This document shows positions 12,383 to 25,219 of a stretch of 60,000 nucleotides of DNA, in pieces; within the stretch, counting starts at the first letter, position 1, and each line of letters begins with the position of its first letter. The position numbers and the translations under genes were made by a program. The stretch covers positions 23,500,001 through 23,560,000 of the forward strand of contig CM052818.1 of assembly GCA_028534125.1 (NCBI GenBank), written 5' to 3'. The DNA comes from Lama glama. Its lineage: Eukaryota. Under the pieces are notes generated by a model that was not told the DNA's origin, ran no database searches, and saw nothing but the letters and a program-made list of their open reading frames with translations.

Positions 12383-13878
12383 AAAATATGACTATCAAAC
12401 TCCTTCTTTCCCACCAAACTTACTGTACTCCCATCAGACCTGTTCTTAGATATCTTGACCCTTTGCCAGTTCTCTTCTTTATGTCCATCAGCCTCTCTTG
12501 TCCATACTTCCTTCCTTTTCTATACTGGACAATCACTCTCTCACACATTAAGTTTCTGTTCCCTCTGTTTTTTTCCTGTCTGTTAAGGCAGAAATAACAT
12601 TTTTCTTACATCTCCTCCTTGTGCTAAATAAAATCCCTGGATTCCGTTCCTGGACTTGCTCCTTTCAGGAGAAGAGGAAGGACCCATCTGACTGGTGAAT
12701 TTTGAAGAGGATTGAAGTATGCTTAGTTCAGCTCCTTCTAGATCCTCTTTAGGACCTGCCTGCTTGCAGAGAAAGAGTACACCCTGTAGTTTCTGGACTC
12801 TGCCTGCCTGCAGAGAGCACTCATTTTGCTCTGCAACTCCTGGAAGTAAAGGAAGGCTGGGGCTCATGTTATTTAGCACTGTCTAGATTCAGCTCATCCT
12901 GCAAACTAGTCTTTATCATTCAAGGTTGCCCCCTTCTCCTACACAAAACATTAAGAGACAGTTCCCAACTCTGGATCAGTCCTTCAATATGGATTCTCTG
13001 CTGCTTTACTCAGTTGGCCAAGTGCAGCTGGAGGCCAATCATAAACAACTGATTGCTGTTGTGAATTCACAGTGGAGCCTTGATGGTGCTGGGCAGTCTT
13101 TCCCTCATCCTTGGGGGCTGCCTTCTTCTGTTCCTTCTGGCAGGTGCACTCACATTCCCTGCCTCTTCTGAGAGCTTTGCCTCCCTGTCCTTTCCCAGCA
13201 GTTGACCTGATCTCCTGAACATCAAGAAGCTAATGGATGTGAAGGTTCTTAAGTCTTCATTCCACGCCTGTAGTGTTACTCTATCACTGCCCATTTTCTC
13301 TTTCTTCCCACTCCTCCTGGTTCCAGGTTAATTTCTACACTTGTCTCTTGATCCTATTCTTTTGTTTTCCTTCAAGTCCTTCCATTACTGATTCATCCCT
13401 CTCATCTTTCTCTCATCTTTGCCTGCTTTGTAAGAGCGCACTCTGGGGACTAAATACATATTCAAGCCTCACACCTTGAAGTGAAGAAGTCTGTGCCTTG
13501 GCTCTGCGCACCTCTCTAGTTGCAGCCAAATCTTGGCTCTAGCCTGTGCTAGCTCTCTGTCTTCTTGTTCTGCAGTAACTTTTCCATCCATTTCCATCAG
13601 GTTTTCACTGCCTCCTTCCCATTCCCGCAGCATACATTAAATTAGCCCTCACAAAGGTCCACTCACATGGTTTTAACTAAGCTGTTTAGGGAATGGTCCC
13701 AAATCTCTATCTCCAGATCTCATCCAACTCTATATACACAAGAGCGAGAAAAGGCTGTCTCTCTCAGCCCCACCAGCACTTCAAACAAAACAGTGTTCCA
13801 TCCATTTAAATATAGAATCAAGCCATTCATTTGGGTACTTGCTAAGACCAGTGTGATAATTTTCCTATGGCTCCTCAG

Positions 13879-14080
13879 AGAAAAGATATGATAGACTATA
13901 AGGAGCTAACTGTTCACCAACATTTATAAATACACTCAATATTGAGTCTCATAGATTGATTTCTCATAAGTTTCATCAATGTAGGAGAATAGTACTGATG
14001 CCAGAATATACTTCAGTAGAATCTCTTCTCTAGGGGACCAGTATGATCATTCTTTAATGATCTGGCCTAATGTAGCAAAG
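13879..14080 (+). pseudogene. Putative pseudo-exon: KRYDRL*GANCSPTFINTLNIESHRLISHKFHQCRRIVLMPEYTSVESLL/GDQYDHSLMIWPNVAK
   Basis: Acceptor ttttcctatggctcctcag; needs one frameshift; donor AAG|GTTATG. Confidence 0.35.
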
Positions 14081-14124
14081 GTTATGGGTAGTTCATTTAA
14101 ATGTAGATTCATGCATCTCTCTCA

Positions 14125-14260
14125 TCCCCATACCGTCTCATCCCCCTAGAGACTCTGACTCAGTAGTTTGGAAGTAGATGACCCAAAACTTGCATTATGG
14201 CTAATTACCCTGGGAGCCTTTGATGATACAAGATGCCTATGAACCACAGTTGAGAAACAA
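14125..14260. mobile_element. MER5A-like MITE remnant
   Basis: agagactctgactcagtag...gaaccacagttgagaaaca. Confidence 0.5.
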
Positions 14261-14308
14261 GTTTTAGAGTATTTAGAGGCGTGAATGGACTGCATATACT
14301 TTAGTCAG

Positions 14309-14413
14309 TCTAAAAATTTGGTTTCTCTCAACCAAACTAAAATGCTGTGTGTGGATAATTTGAGATTATATTTCCTGGCTAATACTTGGAGTACAGTTGG
14401 TCTGTATTGCCAG
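14309..14413 (+). pseudogene. Putative pseudo-exon: SKNLVSLNQTKMLCVDNLRLYFLANTWSTVGLYCQ
   Basis: 105 nt, phase 0 to 0, no stop; donor CAG|GTAATT; weak acceptor. Confidence 0.4.
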
Positions 14414-15981
14414 GTAATTATGGAACCATATGTTTAATGACTTACCCAAGCTTAGGGCAAAAGAAGTTCCTTAATATTTACAAGACAATATGAAACAAAA
14501 TTATACTTGTATTGAAGCCCTGGGAGTCAGTACTAAAAGTCTTGAAACAAACTAATTTGGGACTCAGTGTAAAACATACATCAACTAACAGTGTAGAACT
14601 CAAGTTTCAATAACAGAAAGTATGACTGAGATAAATTTAGCCTGGACAAAGTTAAAATAGCTGTAATCAGAAGTCCAGAGTGGTCATAGACATCTTGTAT
14701 ATCTTCACTATACATCTATAATTTTAAACAATGTACTTGACTGATGAGTTCTACAGGATAAACTTCTGTTATTAAGAAATAATAGAAGCAGAAGAAAGAT
14801 GTAAGAATGTAAGAAGGTATGTTACATAAGCTGCTCTAATTCTGACAAAGAAATAAAACATTTTCAATTTGGTTTTTATATGTTGATAACTTGATCATTT
14901 AAATATGGCTCTACGTAGTATTTGAGCTTAAGCATTTAAATTAATTAAGGAGAGGAGAAAATGCATTTTTTGTCTTTAGTACACATTTTCATGAAGGGTA
15001 GTATGTTAAACTTAGTGAATAAAATTTTATCTAACCTCATGAAATGGGTTGGCATCTTTAACGTAATCTCCTATTTACCTCACTCCTTCCGGAAGTAGGT
15101 CCTTGGAGAATCCCACGAGATGAGTACTTTTGGTGTTAGTACCGTTAGTGGTTTCCAAAATTTTATTGGCTAAACATACTGGAAAATCAATTGCATTGCT
15201 ACATTTGATAGTTTTTATTAAGAAATTTGATTTTTGATCTGTTATGATATCTAGACTCTAAGATTTCCTGGAAGGGGAAAAATCTAGTGAAAAATAGAGC
15301 TTTTGTTTTAATGATATGTGGATACATTTGAGAAAATGGACTTCTAAGGTCAAATTTTCAGCTTCCACAGTGGAATTAAGAACTGAATTTGGAGGTTGAG
15401 TTGAGTTAGATGCCCAAGAAGTACCACTCCCAATTAATCAGATGGGATCCAGGGCTGCCTCTGTGAAGGCTCAAAGAGAGTGAGTAGGCTCACAGTTAAA
15501 GGCAAACTTACAGGTTCTTTATTGCTGAAGGAAGAAATTACAGCAGAATTGAAATGCTATATTTCCCCATATGTATCCAAAGGGAACATTCTAAGGGGGG
15601 AATAGAAGGGAAAATCCAAGGGCTGAGTACATTACGGTTTTTGATTATGCTCCAGTAGAAACATGATGTCATAGGATATTGATTTAATGACCAAAGCATT
15701 GAACATAGAAACTGTAATTAAATATACTCTTGAGAACATAATTAGGCGGGTAGTACTATTATTTAATAGGTAATGAGAACTAAAAAGTTTAAGTAATGAA
15801 AGCAGGGAAAAGAGCCTTTGGACAGGTACTGTTTTCTAAGGATCCGAATTTCCTTTTATTAAAGAGACTTCCCAAAGCAAATCTCCTGATGTATTTCCCA
15901 TTGAGAGCTTTCTCTCCTCAGTTTGCCTTGTCTTGGAAGCTGTCGAGTTTTCTTTTTTAAAAATTCCTTTCATCTTTTCAG

Positions 15982-16153
15982 GAGTGTTTTTACACCAGCC
16001 TCTTTGTATCTTCCTGCACTTTACAGTTGTCCCATTGTACCATCTGCTGCTTCCTGCTTGAGTCAACAATGGTAACAGATGTGACTTCGGTGTTCAAGAT
16101 AATAGCGCATTTGGGGGCATGGGGGCATGTCTTCAATCTCATTCTTTTCAGAC
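15982..16153 (+). pseudogene. Putative pseudo-exon: ECFYTSLFVSSCTLQLSHCTICCFLLESTMVTDVTSVFKIIAHLGAWGHVFNLILFR
   Basis: Strong acceptor ttcctttcatcttttcag, 57 open codons, donor GAC|GTAACA, phase 0 to 1. Confidence 0.5.
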
Positions 16154-16517
16154 GTAACAGATTATGATCAGCCACAGTCTTCTGGCCAGAAAGCCTGCCC
16201 CAATAATATTTAAAAAGGAAACAGTGAACAGTTGTTCATTATTTACATATCTTATGCATTTTTATTATTTGATATGGAAGAGTTAAAAAACTGGATTATC
16301 AATCTTCTTGGAGCGCTAACTAAGCATACATATGATTTTGGAATATTTTGATGATAAACAAAAGAAACCCTCATGTTTTAAGGTGATAGATAATCTTTCT
16401 TCAAAAACACACAATTTTAATTTCTAATAATATCACAAATAGGAGTGACAAAGGAAACATCGTGCACATTATAAGCTAGGGCACTGTGCTTTAATTTTTA
16501 TGCCATCGATTTTTCAG

Positions 16518-16813
16518 ACCAAAGCAAGAGGAAAAACTACCACATTTTGAAATGCCTGAATATATTCTCATGGAAAATTGTTTACTTAAATCAGGGTAAT
16601 TTAGTGTGTTACACTGTATGTCATGAGCCGTATTACAATGCCATAAAACATCTCATAAATCACAAAGGAGGTACCAAGAATAAAGGAACGGGAAAGGAAA
16701 TCTTAAGAGACGTTGTAATAGCACAATTGGCAGTAGAGATTGTTTGAGTTCTGAACAGACCAGAATGATGCAGTTTTTGCCAACAACAATAGGGAGGGAA
16801 AATACTTTCCGCG
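16518..16813 (+). pseudogene. Putative pseudo-exon containing ORF 16547..16747
   Basis: Acceptor gatttttcag; the phase-1 reading is open for ~75 codons; donor GCG|GTAAAT; a frameshift is needed to match the next exon. Confidence 0.45.
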
Positions 16814-17126
16814 GTAAATCCCAAGCGCTGGAAGAGTGTGACTGTATGCTTAAAGAGCCTTTGTCAACAACTAAAGAGAAAGCGTACTTTCTACCTTGTA
16901 TGTTACATTATTAGAGGTACTTTACAGAGATTCACAGATATCTACAAATTATTTAAATGAATGACCAGGGACTAGTAGGCATGATTTTTATGTCAAACTT
17001 TGATTCAGGTTTCTGACTGTGGGCAAGGCAAATTATTTTTCAATTTATATGCCTCAAGGAGCTGCACACAGCAACATTTCCAAAGATTCTAAATTTTTTT
17101 CACAGTTTATCAGTTTTCTAAAGGTA

Positions 17127-17550
17127 GTATATTAGTCAGCTTGTGCTGTGGTAACAAATAACTCCAATAGCTCAAGGGCGTGCAAGAACAAACATTTATT
17201 TCTAACTTATCTTCCAAGAGGACTGCACATTGGCTGAGCTGTCTTGGCTGGGCTCAGCTGGGATGAGCTCCAACTATTTTCCCCTTCCAGGACCCAGGCT
17301 GAAGGAGCAGCCCGATCTGGGTGGTGCTCGTGTAATGGCAGAAGGCAGAACACAAGAGAGGCAGAGCCTCGTCATGTGAGCATAATCTGTATCTCTGGTG
17401 GAAGGTGGCATAAGTCTACCACACTGGCCAAAACAAGTCCCAAGGCCAAGTCCAAAGTCAGTGGGGTTGGAAGTACATCCATCCTACTGTGAAGAATGGC
17501 AAAAGTGGGGAGGAAATGAGTAAGTGAGGGCAAATAATACAGTCTCACAC
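17127..17550 (-). mobile_element. MaLR LTR (MLT1K/L-like)
   Basis: tattagtcagc...gtaacaaa...ggacccaggctgaaggagcagcc...ggccaaaacaagtc. Confidence 0.8.
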
Positions 17551-17689
17551 TGCTGGTAAAAGGCAGTATTGGTAACGAATAATATTTTGGGGAGGCTTCT
17601 CTGATAAAAATCTTCTGTCAAAGGTCATTGATAATCTCCTGTAGTATAATCTACAATTTATTCTAAATGCTTATTGTGTTTCCCTTGCC

Positions 17690-18860
17690 TGAAGCATTTG
17701 ACAGTTTCTCCCTTTGAAACATTTTCCTATTTTTGGTTCTACAGTATTTTTCCTGGTTCTCTTCTTCTCTCTCCAAAGACCTCTGTATCTTTCTTCTTGT
17801 GGTTCTAGAAATAAAGCTTTTCCACGTGTTCTTCATTGGCCCTCATATTGTTAAGCAATTCCAACCCCAGCTACTCCTCTGATTTAAATGATCTCTTCCA
17901 TGTGGAAATAGCTCAGATGCCTTTCTCCAGCCCTGACCTCCAGATTCGTACTTCTGCCTGCCTTCTGGGACCTCTGTTTGAATGGTTTTTGGTACTTTGA
18001 ATTCAGAATTGTCATCAGAAACTTGTCATCTTTTCACCTAGATGTGTCCCTCCTGATTTCCCTGTTTCTAATGGCCACACCATTTTCCACGTCATTCTGA
18101 CTCAAACCTATGAGTTGTATTTGACTCCTCCCTCCTTCCAACAGCCAATTAATGAATGCTAAGAGATAGATATCCCCTCATCACAGTGCATCCCATCACT
18201 ATCCCCTCATTTTCTCCTACCGTCACTGTTCTTTTTTCCAGCCCAACCACTTTAAAATAATAATCTCTTCTCTTTCTTTGTTCTACCCCCTCTAGCTTCT
18301 CACTTGTCACCTAGTTTTCCAGATCAAAGCTTCTAGAACCTTCTAGTTAACCCTCTGTGTCTGAATCAGTCACAGATTTCTCTGCTATACAAGAATTTTC
18401 ACAGTACGTTTCTAACTCAACTTCTTAAGGTTATCTTCTAAAAGTTAATGTTAATTGAAGCTCCTGCCAGAATAGGTAACTTGATATTACTTGGCCACAT
18501 CCAGTTTTTCCCACTTACTTGTCTTTTATCTGCTGTTTTTTTTTTGTTTGTTTTTGTTTTTCTTTCTGGTATATGTTCCTGGCCCCAACTTTTTTTCGGA
18601 TGCTCCCTGTGCTTTTAAATTTCAATCTCAAACAAAAGATCCCTTCTAAGAACTTTGTCCAATAGCACTTGGTTTGTATCTCTCTAGTGCATAGGTTTGC
18701 TTTGTGTCCCAGTGATTTATAATATTATTCCTTCAATGATGCTACAGTTTCGGGGGCACCACAAGTGGGTTTTACTCATACTGGTAATTTCTGAAACATC
18801 TAGCCCAGAACTCTGCATATAGTAAGTTTAGAATATCAATAAATTAATACAATTAATAAG
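17690..18860 (+). mobile_element. L2 LINE fragment
   Basis: gcatttgaca...ctccagccctgacctc...ttgactcctccct...degenerate L2 tail. Confidence 0.7.
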
Positions 18861-19080
18861 GTAAGAGCTTGAACTCTGGAGTCAGACTGACTCTCTGGCA
18901 CTGTCAGTGTTAATTATAATTATTTTTATTATCAAATCTTCAGTAAGTGCTGGCAGTATGTGGTTACATTTGAAATAGTTTTACATTATTTCCAACCTTG
19001 TCTATAAAGTGATTAGTACATGAGAACACACACATTTTACACACGGATAATTGAGAAATGATTTATTTTCCTATTTACAG

Positions 19081-19237
19081 TGGACATTCCTTATAATCTT
19101 TTTTATTGGAGGGGGGTGAGATCCATTCTTTACACTAAGCTAATTTCTTTATTGGGTGTTTAGGATCAGCCTAAACAGCAAAGAAATTTCTTGAAATAAA
19201 TTCTCTCTGTGTCCTGCAAAAGATCATTAGAGTAACT
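19081..19237 (+). pseudogene. Putative pseudo-exon: DIPYNLFYWRGVRSILYTKLISLLGV*DQPKQQRNFLK*ILSVSCKRSLE*
   Basis: Strong acceptor ttattttcctatttacag, donor ACT|GTGAGT, phase 1 to 2, matching the next exon. Confidence 0.5.
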
Positions 19238-19609
19238 GTGAGTCTCCTCAGAAGAGAAATATAAAAAGAGAAATAATGTACTTTTTACTCTGATTTGCTC
19301 AGCAGCTCAGCTTAACCTCAGTTATTATTCTTTCTGAATAGTTACCTACCACATAATTGCCTCGTTTCACAGTGAACTTGGAGAGTTAGTCAAAAATAGG
19401 TCAGGGAGAATCAGTAGGTAGGTGGGAGAGTGTGGGCTGAACCACTATCAGTTTCAGTCTCTAAGATATAGACTTTCACTTTTAGTATTTGTTACTAAAT
19501 AGTGATTAAATGATATAATTTTTAGAAATGCTAATATCTCAGAGTCATCACACTAAGTTAACACAATTGGGAAAAACTGAAATAGGACTGAAGTCAGAAA
19601 AAGAAGTGA

Positions 19610-19872
19610 ACGTGCACTTAAAAATTGTAAGGGTGGATCTCATGCTAAGTGTTCTTAACACAGGAAAAAACAAAAAATGAAAAAATCCCCCAAAACACAA
19701 AAGGATGCAAATAAAATTTTGGAGGTGATGGATATATTTATTACCTTGATAATACCTTGTGATGTCATGGGTATATGCATATGTCCAAACTCACCAAATT
19801 GTATACATTAAATATGTGCAGCTTTTTGTATATCAATTATACCTCGAAAAAGCTGTAAAACAAAACAAAAAC
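19610..19872 (+). mobile_element. L1MB-like 3' end
   Basis: ttttggaggtgatggatat...gtccaaactcaccaaattgtatacattaaatatgtgcag...A-rich tail. Confidence 0.85.
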
Positions 19873-19889
19873 ATCTTGTATAGAACTCG

Positions 19890-20230
19890 AAACATAATCA
19901 GGATATAGTAACAATTTCCAGAAATGCCCAAGAAGCTGGTGAAAGAAAAACAGCATGATAACCTAAAATGAGGGCAAGTTTTGGAATAACATTATGTACA
20001 CTTCCAGTTTAAATTGTTGTGCAGCATAGAAAAAGATGAACATTTCCCTGTTTATTTTAAGAAGCTAGCATAACCTTGACTCTAAAACCTTCTAAGGCTG
20101 AATAAAAAGGAAACCAAAGACGAATGTCATTTATGTGTATTGTTGCCAGAATTAGTAAAATGTTGGTATATTAAATTGAATACCAAAAAAAAAAAAGAAA
20201 AGAAAAAATCATTATACTCCAGTGTGTTTT
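19890..20230 (+). mobile_element. Old L1 ORF2 fragment
   Basis: agcatagaaaaagatgaacatttccc...gaagctagcataaccttga. Confidence 0.5.
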
Positions 20231-21496
20231 ATTAAATTTGAACTTTTAAGGAAGATACATAAAATTTGAGAATTTCTCACTGGAATTTCTTGCTATTAAA
20301 CTTTCAAAATATTTTTGCAGTTACTGTCAGAAATGAAAGTCTCATGTTTGTTTTTATTTCTTCAATTCCCTTGTGTTTGGAGATTACTACAGAGAAATTT
20401 AAAGTTACATTGAATCGTATTTCTTTGACCTCTAAATAACACCTACATTTTGTATGCAAGTATCTTCTTAACATGGTGAGTTTTACAACTTCCTTAAATA
20501 CAGAGATTTTGCCTTGTTCTTTAAAAAATTCCTCAAAACAAATATGCAAATTAATTAAAATAGGGATGCTTATGTGGTTAATTGTTAATATACTTAAAAT
20601 AGTTCATCTTTACCTCACTTATAAAAACCATGCATCTTCAAATGGTAGGAATGAGAGGTACTTCTGCTTGTCCAAGTTGTAAAAGAGGCAAAACCAATAT
20701 AAATTTAAAATCACTTGTACAAGTATAGAATATTAAGTATAGGTGATAATTCAGCCTCTGTTAGCAACTAGCCATGTGCCTATATTATAGTTATTTGGCT
20801 ACTTAGATTCTTGAATCTCTTATCTATAAATGAAGGATGAGGACTAGATGGTCTTTTTAAGGTTCTAAATCCTAACTTTTTTTAAACCGCAAACCAAAAT
20901 TATTCTATGAATAGGACCCATAGATGGCAGTGCCATATAATAAAAACAATGGGGAAAAAGTGCCATTTTTTTAACTTGTCCAGATTAGGAAAAAACAAAA
21001 TTAAAACTAATTTATTTTGAGGTTTCAAATGGAAAAAAGAAAACAAAAAGCAACATGGCCATCATCATTATCACTTCATTTATTTTGTTTGGTAAAATGA
21101 GATTCTAGGTACATGAGGTAAAGATGGGAGAAAAAACTAAAGTCTGCCAATTTCTGTATAAAATGCATTGAAAGCAAACAATTAGAAGATTTCCAAAAGA
21201 GTATGAGAGTCCAACTCTGTTAGCAAAAATCTGGATTTTAAAAAACAACAAAACAAAAAAAAACTCTGGAAATAATGCACCTACTGCAAGTAAACTAGAA
21301 AACTAAAAAACAAAAAACTTAAACTGAAATGACATTTAACTGTGGAGTTAAAGTTCATTGCTTTAGGAAGATTTATAGGTAAAAACATGTACCTGACCTA
21401 ATAAAAATCTACACTATAAGATATTTTGAAATTAAGATTCTTTTACTTCTAAATGACATAAAGTACCTTAAGTTAAAATTTTTTTTTCTCTTGGAG

Positions 21497-22045
21497 GACA
21501 GCAGAGTGACTGGCTTTGAAAATGACAGGGGACTACCAGTACAGCATTTTACACACCCATTGTAGACTGGATGAGTTTAGGAACTTTGAAGACAGATATA
21601 ATCTGACCATGAAGAATGAGATTTTCAAATAAAGTCACAATTCAACCCACTCATTTATTACCAATAAAATCACCCAATTTTTGTGCACTGGGAATTAATA
21701 AATTAAAATTTCATTAAGGAAAAATTTCTTGAAAGCTATATTTGAATGGGCTATTAATATCATGCATGTAAAGTCAGGACATGTACCATGGAAGCCCAGG
21801 AAAAAGCTTTCTCATTCAAAGTGCTTTACAAAGTACTTTCTCACGTTATTAATTATCATCACTGTGACGAAACTGGACAAATAACCAGGAAGCAGCTAGT
21901 CACTAAATATGAATTGTTCAACCTCGATACTTCATACCACCGGCCAGAGAAAGTGACTAATGTTCTTCACTAAGATGTACATTAAGGAACAGCATGACAA
22001 GGGTCTATTTCTTTCAACTTTACGAAACACCAAGGATGTTATGAA
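21497..22045 (+). pseudogene. Putative large pseudo-exon: TAE*LALKMTGDYQYSILHTHCRLDEFRNFEDRY...GLFLSTLRNTKDVM
   Basis: Acceptor tttttttctcttggag, donor GAA|GTAAGA, 549 nt, phase 2 to 2; seven stops in that frame; ORF 21788..21973 lies in a shifted frame. Confidence 0.45.
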
Positions 22046-22939
22046 GTAAGAAAATAAATCACATATCTCAACAGCAGAAGGGGTAAAGTAAATAACTATT
22101 ATCAATGCCATTCCTATTCCTAACAATTCCAACATGGTGCTGGGGGCTAAGATACCTCTGATTCACACATTCGACATTCTTTCAGCATAAACTGTTCCTA
22201 TATGTCACAGCAGACGCGACAATTTCACGTAGGATAGTGCCTTGCCCTCTGCTCGCCTCTAGTCTCATTGTGGAGGCAGACATGTATACCTTGAAGTATC
22301 TGACAAAGATACAAGTGGAAGGGACAGAGTGAAATACCAGGGTGGAGAAGGGGAGTTTCCTGCAGGTGGTAAATTCTGAGCATCACATGCAGCTGCAGGA
22401 AAAATGAGCCTCAGAGATGGCAGTGAGAGAGGCAGTGTGCCCTATTGAAAACAGGGTAACCTTCATGGCTCCCTCCGTAACATGAGCTGGTAGTGGACAC
22501 CTGCAGGCTTGATCCCTTCTGAGCCCACCTCTTCCAGTCTTCCCATTCTCTGTTGCTGGTCATTGCTTAGGGGTCTGGTTCTTGTTCTCTGCCAGCTGCT
22601 TTGGGGTGGTTGTTTCTTAGACCCCATTCACTCACACCTACAGGTCCCCTCCCATCCCCACTGCTCAGGGTTCTCTACCCAAGACATCAGGGGACAAGCA
22701 TCGTGGGTGTGGGTGCACCTGTGCCTGTGTAAAACTAAAAATATTTGCTAATTAAGAGAGCAGCACTAAAATCAATCAGGGTTGCGAGGTGAACATGGGA
22801 GAACAGCTAGAGCTTAGACCGACAAGAAAATACACCAGTATTTGGCGTGACGGGGAGTAGTTGCTGAAAGATGCTGAGTGGTGGTATCATGACATCATTT
22901 CATCACAATGTCTGTTACTGGAAAGTAGCACACTGGATA

Positions 22940-23060
22940 GGAAATTTCTACCACCTGGATCAGAATGTAAGCGCCTTGAAGGTAGGGTTTTTCCTTATTA
23001 TCTCGGGTCTCCTAGAAGGCCTGAGTCCCCAGTCAATCAGCAAATACTTGCTGATTGAGA
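22940..23060 (+). mobile_element. L2 3' end fragment
   Basis: agaatgtaagcgccttgaaggtaggg...caaatacttgctgattga. Confidence 0.55.
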
Positions 23061-23353
23061 GTGAGGTAGTTCTTAAATTGTCTACTTTGGAATAATTTTT
23101 TCCCTTATGAAAAATTCTGTATTAACACTCCCATTTTTATTTCCAGTCTCTCTCTGAAAGGGTGACTATGTTCAGACAGAAAGTTAAGCAGAGCTTACTT
23201 AATGCTTTTTTTCTGTATATCCTATTAATTTTTAAAAATTGATAAGACAGACACTCCTATTTGAAGTAATCCTCTTCTATATAACTGTGATTAATTTCTA
23301 CTTCACTCATCAAGAGTTTTTCACGTTCCATCTTTCCTTACGTTTTAATCTAG

Positions 23354-23467
23354 ATTGGAACACTCCCGTTCTGACTGGGGAAGAGGGCCTTGCATGAGCT
23401 GGCATTTACCCAATTTAAATCAGGCATATAGAGTGTCTTAATTTTCGAAAAGGAAAATACAATAGAG
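23354..23467 (+). pseudogene. Putative pseudo-exon: ...GKRALHELAFTQFKSGI*SVLIFEKENTIE
   Basis: Acceptor ctttccttacgttttaatctag, donor GAG|GTAATG, 114 nt. Confidence 0.5.
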
Positions 23468-23633
23468 GTAATGCCATATTCAAGGGCAGAAGGTAATGAA
23501 AATTTGCAAATGACTCTGTTGGGAATTTTTTTTTTTTGTATTCTAGAAAGCTTGCCACTTAAAAATATAAAGAGTGGCATGTTTTGATTTTAGTATCGTA
23601 TAGTGTAATTTCAGCATTTCTCTTCATCTTTAG

Positions 23634-23867
23634 GTGCTAATCTGACCTTCATTCCTGCCTATTGTCATATGCTAGCTATCCCAGAGGTGTCGTCCACTTC
23701 ATTTCCCTCTCAATGATTAGTTTTTATTAGAGTTGATGTTTAAACACCATTATACAAATTCAAATATTACCACAAAATCACGTAGAACAACAGTAGTTAA
23801 AAAATATTTCAAACTCTACCTCTGAACACCTCTTCCTTGTTGTCATGACTGTACCAATGTTGCAAAA
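23634..23867 (+). pseudogene. Putative pseudo-exon: VLI*PSFLPIVIC*LSQRCRPLHFPLND*FLLELMFKHHY...
   Basis: Strong acceptor atttctcttcatctttag after a 166-bp intron; phase 0; donor AAA|GTAACT uncertain. Confidence 0.4.
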
Positions 23868-24194
23868 GTAACTGTAGAGAACTTCCATCTGTTTTTCCAA
23901 ATCCAGATTAGAAGAGTGGCTTATGTTAAAGACACTTATTTGATGCAAACAATTATGATTTAGGAATATCTAAAGTTCTGAAATTAACTACCATCAGAGA
24001 TAAAGGAGAGTAAAATAACCTCTTTTGAGTTTAGATATCCTTTCTTTGTTTTCTCCTCTATTCTCCCCACAGTGCTTAGCACAGTGGCTACGTATAGAAG
24101 GTGCCAGAAATGTTTAGTAAATAAATACACATGAAGTTAAAAAGTCAAAGTCAAAATCAGCTCTCTTGTGTCACTCGTTATTGATGTCCTTGTA

Positions 24195-24762
24195 TTTTTG
24201 ACAGACTTCTTTTTTTAACAGCAGTTTTAGGTTTACGACAAAATTGAGAGGTGGGTACAGAGATTTCTCATATTCCCTGTGTCCCCACACATGCATAGCC
24301 CTCCTCCATGACCCATATCACTCATCAGGATGGTACATTTCTACCAAAGATAAACCTATAGTGACATGTCATTTTCACCCAGAGTCCATATTTACCTTAG
24401 GGTTCACTTTTGATGTTGTACATTCTATGGGTTTGGACAAATGTATAATGACATTGCAATGTCATACAGAGTATTTTCACTGCCCTCGAAATCTTCTGTA
24501 CCCTGTCTATTAATCTCTCCCTCAACCCTACCTCTGTAAACTACTGATCTTTTTCTTTTCCAGAATGTCATATTGTTGGAATCCCACAGTATATGGCCTT
24601 TTCCGATTGGCTGGTTTCACTTAATAACATGCATTTAAGGTTCCTCCATGGATTTTCATGGCTTAATGGCTCCTTTCTTTTGAGTGCTGAATAATATTCC
24701 ACTGTCTGGAGGCACCACTGTTTATCCATCCATTCACCGAAGGACATCCTGTTTGCTTCCAA
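24195..24762 (-). mobile_element. L1MC-like 3' end
   Basis: gcagttttaggtttac...ccagagtccata...gggtttggacaaatgtataatgac. Confidence 0.85.
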
Positions 24763-25219
24763 TATCGATGGACTTTTCAGAACAAAACCCAACATGTTGC
24801 AATAGTGTAAGAGAAGAGTATCTGGGATCCAAAATACTTTCTTGACTTTTGTCTGGTTTCCAAATGAGTGATTTTGTTCACGCATCATAGCATTCTACAG
24901 TGGAGCTGAGAGGGGAGAGAGAAGGGCTGGTAGAGCTGGGGTAGAGTTTAGGTCTTTCAAAGCCATCATTTTAGTTGAGGATTACTGATTAGTGTCAAAA
25001 ATACAAAGCATCTGCCAGTGCACGCCTGTGTAGTCCAATCAGCCACTGGGTGGAATGGATTCATCTTTCTATTCCTGTGAGCTTTGGTATAGAGGAGCAT
25101 CGGGGGGCCATTCAGGACCCTGGATGTCCAGGCAGGTTTGGTGGAGGGTAGGATTCACATCATGGAGAGAAAGAGAGAGAAAAAAGAATGAAACAGGAAG
25201 AGATTGAGCACATAGGATG

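Noticed and set aside
15836..16195. Minus-strand ORFs as a possible terminal exon
   Set aside because: The plus strand has the stronger splice signals and fits the exon chain
20916..20934. CTCF-like motif ggacccatagatggcagtg
   Set aside because: Mismatches in the 5' core; a single motif cannot be supported from sequence alone
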